A stretch of 64,000 bases of DNA, taken from a virus. Taxonomy: Duplodnaviria; Caudoviricetes. The stretch covers positions 37,398 to 101,397 of the IMG/VR virus record IMGVR_UViG_2802428822_000002; one strand, written 5' to 3'. The position numbers were made by a program, and so were the translations under genes. The notes beneath the pieces are model-generated. The model was not told where the DNA came from. It searched no databases and saw only the letters and a program-made list of their open reading frames with translations. Below, piece by piece: positions 57,425-64,000 of the stretch (position 1 is the first letter of the stretch; each line of letters starts with the position of its first letter).

Positions 57425-60400
57425 ATGCCAACACCTTTAGCTTCTGTCGTGTTCGACGACTTCAACACCTCAGGCGTGCCGTCCTCTGGCAATAAGAAGG
57501 TAAAGAAGAGAGAAGCTCGTGCATGGGGCGCGTGGCTTGAATCGATCATTACCGCCTTCACGTCGAATGGCGGGCTGATCTATTCGTCCAAGGCCGAAAT
57601 GGATGCCGACCTGGCGCACGATGCCAAATCCATGGCGTGGGTGCTTGGCGACGCTACCGTTGCCAATAATGGCATTTACAAGAAGAACGGCGCATCGGGC
57701 GCCGGTTCGTGGACGCGCGTCGCCGATCTGCCGTTCTCGTTCATCATCGCAAGCGACGTCGGCGCCGGCACATCGAATGCAATTCAGGCAACAACGAGCA
57801 TTCCGGTAACTGAATCGGCGCTCGTCCTGATGAATGTATTCGAGGCGAACACGTCTTCACCTGTCACTGTTAGTTTGAACGGCGGCGCTGCGCTTAACAT
57901 CCTTTCCGCGTCTGGTCAGCAGATTAAAGCCGGCGATCTGAAATCCGGCATGTTTGTTGCTGGGCGCGTTTCCGGCTCGAACTTCAGGCTCATCAATGAC
58001 TTTGGCCTTCAATTCTTGACCGGTACTAATACCGGCGGAACGAATGCTATAACGGCCACTACGCCTTTTTCCATACCATCAGGGGATAGTCAGGCGCTTA
58101 TCATCCTGCCAATTCTGAGCAGCAACACGGCAAGCCCCGTCACCGTGTCCTTCAATGGCGGCACTGCTCTCACACTCAAGACGAACACGGGAAATGATGT
58201 TGCTGCAGGTGGCTTGGTACCGGGCATGCGACTGCTCGGGATGATCTCCGGATCAACGTTCAGGCTCATTAACGACCAGGTTAGTGCTGCGATTGTTGCT
58301 GCTGCTGAAGCTGCGCAGGCTGCGGCAGAGGCTGCGGCAACGAGTATCAACATTAAGAACGTCGAAGACAGAACTGCTCTAAAATCTCTCGACACCTCAG
58401 TAACCACGCTGGTCTTCCTGCGTGAGCAAGGTCGCGAGGGACTGTTCAAGTGGACGGCAGGCAATTTTTCCACGCTGGTTGCTGCTGATACCGGCGAGGG
58501 CGTTTACATCAAGGCGAGCGCGATTTCCTCTTCGGCCGGCGCTTGGGTACGCGAGTACGATGGCTTCCTTCAGGTTGAATGGTTCGGGGCCATTTCAGGC
58601 CTGAGTAAGTCCAACACGACAGCGAACAACACCGCATTCGCGGCGGCAGACGCTCTTTGCTATGCTCTTGGCGGCGGGACCATACAGGCGCTGGCCCAAT
58701 ATTACACCCTGAGCAAATTCCGCTGGTCCCCAGGTGTCTACCTTGAAGGGTCGGGGCATGGCAAGTGGATGCCTTCGTTCCCGACGCAGAGCAAGACATG
58801 GGAAGGGACAAATTTTGTTGCTGCCTCCGCCACCAAGGACTACCAGGTCCGCGGCGTTACTTCGATGCGATACGCGGGTGGATGGCGTGAAGACCCAGAC
58901 AGTGCAGGTCGCTATTTTAAACTGACCTCGCTCATGAACGCTGACGCTGCCGGCACTGCGGCGGCCACTCCGCGTGACATGCAGGTTTTCATGGCGAATA
59001 AGGAGCTAGGTAAAGACAAGGGCGGTGTCCGTAACTGCCGTATTGTTCCGTGGATCGGGGCCGATGGCAAATCGGACTATGGCAACACAGCAAACACCAG
59101 TCTCGGAGATGACGTGGATGTTGGCCTGATGGTCAACACGATGGAAGGTGGACGGTTCGAGAACCTGCAGATACGCGGGTATTGGCGCGTCGCTGGCCTG
59201 GCGGAAATCTGCCCGGACTTCAGCGATTATGGGCGGAACGAAAACAACGTTTTCGTGAACGTCTCGGCACAAGGTTTCGTCGGCATTATGGTGCGATCGG
59301 GCGACACCTGGGCTGTTCAGTCTGCGACATCGAGCACTTTGACAATCAGATGGTCCGAAGAAAGCTTCTGGCCGTCCAACGGCCAGTTTGACGCTCTCGG
59401 CGTCGGTTATGTGACCTATACAGGAATTTCGCGTTCTGGCTCCAATCTGACATTTACCGGATGTAGCGCCAATGTCTCAGGAGTCTCGATTATTCGAGCG
59501 CCTTTCCGCGGTACGGGATTTTCGACCGGCCGCTTTGTTGGGTGCGAGGGATGGGCTCTCTACCACCACTCGTCGCAAGGTGCAGAATCGCTCGGCTTCC
59601 CGTCACCTTCCAAGGGCACTGAGGTCAGCGGCTTCCCGATGCGAGGCATTCACTGGTTTGACTGCAGCAGCTTCGGCGAGGCGAGCAACTCTTGTTGCGT
59701 TTTCCTTCACGATTGCCAAGACTTCACGTTTGCAGGCGGCAAGTGGGAAATCGGACATGCTATCGCAAGTCCAATTGCGTCCAGCTCGACTGCTGCTGCG
59801 CCGTCGGGCGATACGCGTAATCTTTCCCTGCTAGGACTCTTCTGGTCCTCCACTACTGACACCCGATTGTTCACGCCGCGTTCGCTCACGGATCTGCAAA
59901 GGCAGTTAAATCCTGCTAGTCGGCTGTCAGGTAACCTGCTGATCGAAGCACTGACAGGCCAAGATTGGCAGGCTCGCATGGCGTCTGGGCAAACATTCCA
60001 GGTGCTGAAGTCAGATGGGGCGGTTGCGGTCGTTACCACAGACAGCGGCAATACCGAACTCAGAGGTTCTTTGACTGTAGGGCCGACAGGGGCCGCCGGC
60101 TTCATTAACAGCCAAAGCGGTCATGGCCTGACCCTTAGAGAGGGCACAACGTCACGCCTGGCCATCCAGGCTTCCACAGGTCATTGGTGGCCAGGCGCAG
60201 ACAATGCACAGAACGTCGGTAGCGGCGCGCTTCGCATGGCAACCGTCTTCGCCGGGACGGGATCCATAAATACGTCCTCGGAAGAAGAGAAACAGCAGAT
60301 CGATGCTATTCGTGAAGCCGTTCTAGATGCCTGGGGCGATGTCGAGTGGTCTGAGTTCAGGTTCAACGACGCTGTCGAAGCAAAGGGAGATAGCGCGCGT

Positions 60401-60745
60401 GTTCACTTTGGGCTTGTTGCGCAGCGGGTGGTTGCTGCTTTCGAAGCTCACGGGCTCAACCCCTTCGATTTCGGGCCGATTTGTTTCGATGAGTGGGATG
60501 ATCAGTATGAACCGGTGTATGAGAAGAAGTTTCTCCTTCAGCCGATAGTGAATGAAGCAGGTGAGACAGTGGGGCATATTGAGGTTGTTGATATGGTTCC
60601 AAGCGGGGAGGAAAGATTGGTCGTCAAAGCCGGCAGCCGATACGGACTCCGCTACAGCGAGTGTCTGGCTATTGAGGCAGCCTACCAGCGCCGCCGCATT
60701 GCGCGATTGGAGGAAGCGGTGAAATCTTTGATCGCACCGAACTGA
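57425..60745 (+). CDS. Tail spike/fibre: beta-helix depolymerase-like core and C-terminal S74-type intramolecular chaperone
   Basis: VEWFGA..NNTAFAAA..GGGT; INTSSEEEK cleavage-type motif; HFGLVAQ; YGLRYSE. Confidence 0.88.
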   Translation: MPTPLASVVFDDFNTSGVPSSGNKKVKKREARAWGAWLESIITAFTSNGGLIYSSKAEMDADLAHDAKSMAWVLGDATVANNGIYKKNGASGAGSWTRVADLPFSFIIASDVGAGTSNAIQATTSIPVTESALVLMNVFEANTSSPVTVSLNGGAALNILSASGQQIKAGDLKSGMFVAGRVSGSNFRLINDFGLQFLTGTNTGGTNAITATTPFSIPSGDSQALIILPILSSNTASPVTVSFNGGTALTLKTNTGNDVAAGGLVPGMRLLGMISGSTFRLINDQVSAAIVAAAEAAQAAAEAAATSINIKNVEDRTALKSLDTSVTTLVFLREQGREGLFKWTAGNFSTLVAADTGEGVYIKASAISSSAGAWVREYDGFLQVEWFGAISGLSKSNTTANNTAFAAADALCYALGGGTIQALAQYYTLSKFRWSPGVYLEGSGHGKWMPSFPTQSKTWEGTNFVAASATKDYQVRGVTSMRYAGGWREDPDSAGRYFKLTSLMNADAAGTAAATPRDMQVFMANKELGKDKGGVRNCRIVPWIGADGKSDYGNTANTSLGDDVDVGLMVNTMEGGRFENLQIRGYWRVAGLAEICPDFSDYGRNENNVFVNVSAQGFVGIMVRSGDTWAVQSATSSTLTIRWSEESFWPSNGQFDALGVGYVTYTGISRSGSNLTFTGCSANVSGVSIIRAPFRGTGFSTGRFVGCEGWALYHHSSQGAESLGFPSPSKGTEVSGFPMRGIHWFDCSSFGEASNSCCVFLHDCQDFTFAGGKWEIGHAIASPIASSSTAAAPSGDTRNLSLLGLFWSSTTDTRLFTPRSLTDLQRQLNPASRLSGNLLIEALTGQDWQARMASGQTFQVLKSDGAVAVVTTDSGNTELRGSLTVGPTGAAGFINSQSGHGLTLREGTTSRLAIQASTGHWWPGADNAQNVGSGALRMATVFAGTGSINTSSEEEKQQIDAIREAVLDAWGDVEWSEFRFNDAVEAKGDSARVHFGLVAQRVVAAFEAHGLNPFDFGPICFDEWDDQYEPVYEKKFLLQPIVNEAGETVGHIEVVDMVPSGEERLVVKAGSRYGLRYSECLAIEAAYQRRRIARLEEAVKSLIAPN

Positions 60746-61502
60746 TGCCCGCCCGGGGCCTTCGTTCCTTCGTTGACATGATCTGATGCACCATCCCCGA
60801 ATAGACGTAGTAAAAATCTCGCGCGAAGTGGGATGGCGTGTCTTCGATCTGAAGCGATTTTGGGACATGCAACGGCGGAATGACCGGTATCTCTAGTTGT
60901 AGATGATATTGGAATGCCTCGGCCCATTCCTTCCGGCCGCTTGTCTCAGGGTAAGTGTTCCAAGGGAATACCGAAAATACAATTTCGGTCCTCGGCGATC
61001 TCGAGCGGATGAACTGTACAAGTTCAGCCGTTCGGGCGGCTGACACCTCTGGCTTCAGTTTCGGCATGATGTCCAGAGAGTTGCCGTCGGCCGCCTTTAT
61101 CCGGGAGAAGAACCGATACGTCTTACCGCCAACGGAGCCAATCTTCAACGCCGCGCCGGAGTCAATGAAATTATCCATGAGCAGCAGATCGAGCGAATTG
61201 GACGAAATCGCGTCGAGAAACGGGAGGCCCGAGACTAACAGATGCTTCCCCATCGACGAGCGTACTTGGTTCTTGAGGATATTAGCCTCATCAAGCTGTG
61301 CCCTATCCTCCTGAGAGGTAACATTTGTGAGGTGCATCAGGACTTCTAGAGTAGGCTCCGGGGTGACCGCCTTAACGAAGACATCAAGGAATTGGTCGGT
61401 GCGATTGTGATAGACGGAAGTCGTTATTTTGCCACCGAATGCCTCGACATAACGCTCAGCAATGCCTCGCGACAGGCATGACCCGAATGTCCCGATTATC
61501 AA
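60669..61502 (-). CDS. Hypothetical SGNH-like (DUF6270-like) protein; moron
   Basis: N-terminal FGSCLSR, C-terminal PSHF..DFY; opposite strand. Confidence 0.6.
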   Translation of the reverse strand: MIIGTFGSCLSRGIAERYVEAFGGKITTSVYHNRTDQFLDVFVKAVTPEPTLEVLMHLTNVTSQEDRAQLDEANILKNQVRSSMGKHLLVSGLPFLDAISSNSLDLLLMDNFIDSGAALKIGSVGGKTYRFFSRIKAADGNSLDIMPKLKPEVSAARTAELVQFIRSRSPRTEIVFSVFPWNTYPETSGRKEWAEAFQYHLQLEIPVIPPLHVPKSLQIEDTPSHFARDFYYVYSGMVHQIMSTKERRPRAGISSVRSKISPLPPIAQCGGAGRLPQ

Positions 61503-61736
61503 AGCACATCTCCCTTCCGCACTAAAACCAAGGTGACAATACCTCCTTTAGTTGAAAAAGGAAACTGTACGTCAGGACTTGCCTCCGGCGGGGCAATCCC
61601 GGTCGCCATCATCCGTGAACGGAGTACCCGCGCGAGCCGTCCTACGACGTGACTACGCCAATGAGCGGCCCGGCATTCAACTCAGGTTTCCCATTAACCG
61701 ACTACGCTAACTCAACAATACATCGGAGACTTCCCA

Positions 61737-62237
61737 ATGTCTGAACCGCACTGGATCACCAGGGCGCGCAGCTTTATTGGCATGCGCGAAATTCCCGGCC
61801 CGAAGCATGAGCCCCGCATCCTGAAATTCTGGGAGCTGATCAAGGCGCCCTTCCGCGACGACGAGACAAGCTGGTGCGGCGCCTTCGTTGGTGGCGTCCT
61901 CTCGGCCTCCGGCCTGCCGATTGTCGGCGGGGCCGCAGCGGCGCGTTCGTGGCTTAAGCTGCCGGCGAAGCTTGCCGGTCCCGTCGCCGGTTGCGTCGTC
62001 GTCTTCTGGCGCGGTTCTCCGCAAGGGTGGTCTGGTCATGTTGGGTTCGTCGTCGGCCGAGATGCTGCCGGAAACCTGATGGTGCTCGGCGGCAATCAGG
62101 GCGATGCGGTGAATATCAAGCCCTTCGCCAAGGCGCGCGTGCTCGGCTACCGCTGGCCGGATCAGAACACGAAGCCACCGACCGTCCCGCTGCCTCTCCT
62201 GACGAGCGACGGGCGAGTGTCCACCAATGAAGCGTGA
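61737..62237 (+). CDS. Endolysin, NlpC/P60/CHAP type (TIGR02594-like)
   Basis: DDETSWCGAFV, GHVGFV, VLGGNQGDAV. Confidence 0.9.
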   Translation: MSEPHWITRARSFIGMREIPGPKHEPRILKFWELIKAPFRDDETSWCGAFVGGVLSASGLPIVGGAAAARSWLKLPAKLAGPVAGCVVVFWRGSPQGWSGHVGFVVGRDAAGNLMVLGGNQGDAVNIKPFAKARVLGYRWPDQNTKPPTVPLPLLTSDGRVSTNEA

Positions 62238-62514
62238 AAACCCTCACGGCCTCTTTGAGTGGCGTCGGCGTCGGCTGCTGATCTATCTGACACTGCTGTT
62301 CTGCGGGATTGCCGCAACGGCCATTATCATTGCTGCCCTTCAAGGCATGAGTACGGCGCTCCTGATCACGCTCGTCGGGGCAATTTTCGGCCTCGCGGGG
62401 GCGACGCTCGGTTCGTACATCTTCGGCGCCCAATGGGACACCAACAATGCCCGCAACGCCGGCGTGACCGAGCTGACTGTCGGCGACGACCCTCCGGAAG
62501 GATATGCAGGATGA
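62227..62514 (+). CDS. Holin (2 TM)
   Basis: WRRRR followed by two TM helices; YIFGA.WD. Confidence 0.75.
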   Translation: MKRENPHGLFEWRRRRLLIYLTLLFCGIAATAIIIAALQGMSTALLITLVGAIFGLAGATLGSYIFGAQWDTNNARNAGVTELTVGDDPPEGYAG

Positions 62515-62981
62515 CGGCGAAGATACTCATGTGGCTGACGATCGCGCTGGCGGCCGTCGCCCTCGGTCTCGGCGTCTCGCTCGCGATTAGTCGGAGCAAC
62601 GCCGACAGGCTCGAGGCGGAGAAGGCCGCCATTCGGCGGGAGCTCGATGAGACGGCGGCCGATCTCAAGGTATCGATCGACAATCACAATCGGATGCTGT
62701 CCGAGAAGAACCGCATGCTGGCGGCCGAACGCGAACGCGCCGCCGCTGAACAGAGCGCCGCCGTCGAGAGCGCGCGTATAGCCAAGGATATCGAATATGC
62801 GACTGACGGTACGGAATGCCGTGACAGCGATCCTGTGCAGCGCGTTCTGCGCGGGCTGTGGAACGCCGAACATCGTCAACGAGCCGGAGGCATCGATCCG
62901 CTACGAGACGCAGGACGATCCGGAAGTGCAGTTGGTGTGTCCGGAGCCGCCGGCGGCGATCAATCCCGAGACGGCAACTGA
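62511..62981 (+). CDS. Inner-membrane spanin (Rz-like)
   Basis: N-terminal TM followed by a coiled coil. Confidence 0.75.
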   Translation: MTAKILMWLTIALAAVALGLGVSLAISRSNADRLEAEKAAIRRELDETAADLKVSIDNHNRMLSEKNRMLAAERERAAAEQSAAVESARIAKDIEYATDGTECRDSDPVQRVLRGLWNAEHRQRAGGIDPLRDAGRSGSAVGVSGAAGGDQSRDGN

Positions 62982-63093
62982 CCGCCAGGTCGCAGGCTAC
63001 GTGCTCGGTTTGCGCGACGGATACGGTACTTGCTACCGCTCAACCACGACATACAAAACCTATCGCAGGGGAATAGCGAATGTCGCCAACTGA
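62797..63093 (+). CDS. Outer-membrane spanin lipoprotein (Rz1-like), overlapping
   Basis: Lipobox FCAGC, CPEPP; overlaps the Rz-like gene in another frame. Confidence 0.75.
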   Translation: MRLTVRNAVTAILCSAFCAGCGTPNIVNEPEASIRYETQDDPEVQLVCPEPPAAINPETATDRQVAGYVLGLRDGYGTCYRSTTTYKTYRRGIANVAN

Positions 63094-63430
63094 ATTTGAT
63101 CCCCGCATGCATCAGCAGATGGGTGAAGTACTTGCCGAAATTCGCAACCTCCGTGAGGCCTTTCGACAGTCGGAGATCAAGTCGGACAATAGTCGTGCCA
63201 CCATGCATCAGCGCATGGACATGCTCGTCGATCGCGTCGGGAAGGTCGAAGGCAATGTCGCAGCCGTCCAGGAAGACATTTCAGAGATGCGGCCGATAAC
63301 CGACGACGTCAAACGGTGGAAACTGATGGGAATCGGTGCGCTCGCCGTCATCGGCATTGGTGGGATGGCGATGGGCGTGACCTTCGCAGATGCCATCCGG
63401 CGGATCGGCGCGATCATTATTGGGCGGTAG
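63080..63430 (+). CDS. DUF1515-like membrane protein
   Basis: SRA.MH.R.D...EM.P.TDDVKRWKLMG.GAL. Confidence 0.75.
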   Translation: MSPTEFDPRMHQQMGEVLAEIRNLREAFRQSEIKSDNSRATMHQRMDMLVDRVGKVEGNVAAVQEDISEMRPITDDVKRWKLMGIGALAVIGIGGMAMGVTFADAIRRIGAIIIGR

Positions 63431-63529
63431 CTTCGTCTTTGTGCGCCTCAAAAAAGGCGTAAGAGTCGGGCCCGGACCGCACTACGTCTGCTGGTTGCTA
63501 ATGCGATAACTCCGCGCTAAAACACGTGC

Positions 63530-63715
63530 ATGATTTATGAAGACGACGGCACGCTCGACAAGATCGGCCTCAGGCCAGCCACCTTAAGCGTACTGCGGAA
63601 CGCGGGTTTCAAGAGCGTCCGAGATTTTGAGGGGATGTCGGATATCGATATTCTACGTCGGGCGAACGTCAAACTGAGGGACGTTCAGAAGATATTGCAG
63701 GCGCTATCTCATTGA
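63530..63715 (+). CDS. Stand-alone RNA polymerase alpha-CTD-like (HhH) protein
   Basis: LDKIGL...TLSVLRNAG..SV.D...SD.DILR..NV..I..AL. Confidence 0.6.
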   Translation: MIYEDDGTLDKIGLRPATLSVLRNAGFKSVRDFEGMSDIDILRRANVKLRDVQKILQALSH

Positions 63716-63718
63716 CGG

Positions 63719-64000
63719 TTAGCGGCCATGAAGCCCTTTGATCTGCTCGTATAGCTCTTCGACCTTTCTCGATGCCTCTCGCGCCGTGGGTGCCCAGCCG
63801 TTGTGCGGTAGAATGTTCTGCCTCTGCCAAGGGATAGTATTGATCGCCCATCGCCACTGGCGGGCGCGCGATCCGCTGGTAAGGTCGAGATAGATGCGAC
63901 CGAATTGTAAATCGTCATCCCAGGAAACAAAGTCCTGGTGGCCTTCGCCTGGCCATGTCTCCCGCCATTTGTATTTCGGCTGATATTCTTCCGTCGCCAT
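63719..64000 (-). CDS. Hypothetical protein
   Basis: WRETWP..DF..GRI..WRW pattern. Confidence 0.65.
   Translation of the reverse strand: MATEEYQPKYKWRETWPGEGHQDFVSWDDDLQFGRIYLDLTSGSRARQWRWAINTIPWQRQNILPHNGWAPTAREASRKVEELYEQIKGLHGR

Noticed and set aside
57425-61700. Diversity-generating retroelement or invertible tail-fibre cassette
   Set aside because: No reverse transcriptase, template/variable repeat pair or adjacent invertase was seen.

Overview
This window is a large part of a tailed, HK97-fold siphophage or prophage genome, probably with an alphaproteobacterial (rhizobial-type) host; the host is an inference from gene families. Layout: (1) 1-12.8 kb is a leftward operon of mostly small accessory genes plus a DUF4942/methyltransferase, a beta clamp and an AAA/VWA-peptidase module. 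Most of these genes are preceded by the same covarying mini-hairpin just upstream of the ribosome-binding site. (2) 12.8-15.5 kb holds two divergent promoters that share an operator box, a cos-like segment, two HNH genes and an orphan BrnA-type antitoxin. (3) 15.5-18.1 kb is about 2.3 kb of non-coding DNA built from tandem tRNA-like structured RNA modules. (4) 18-29 kb is a rightward accessory cluster rich in nucleotide, alarmone and RNA-repair enzymes, plus a tyrosine recombinase. (5) 29.6-35.7 kb has tRNA-Gly, another tRNA-like RNA and an esterase/glycosyltransferase/methyltransferase cluster. (6) 35.9-63.4 kb carries the terminase, head, tail and lysis genes. The most unusual signals are the tRNA-scaffold RNA array and the 15-copy start-associated hairpin. 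All family names come from recognising motifs by eye, not from database searches, and all RNA pairings were found by manual inspection.
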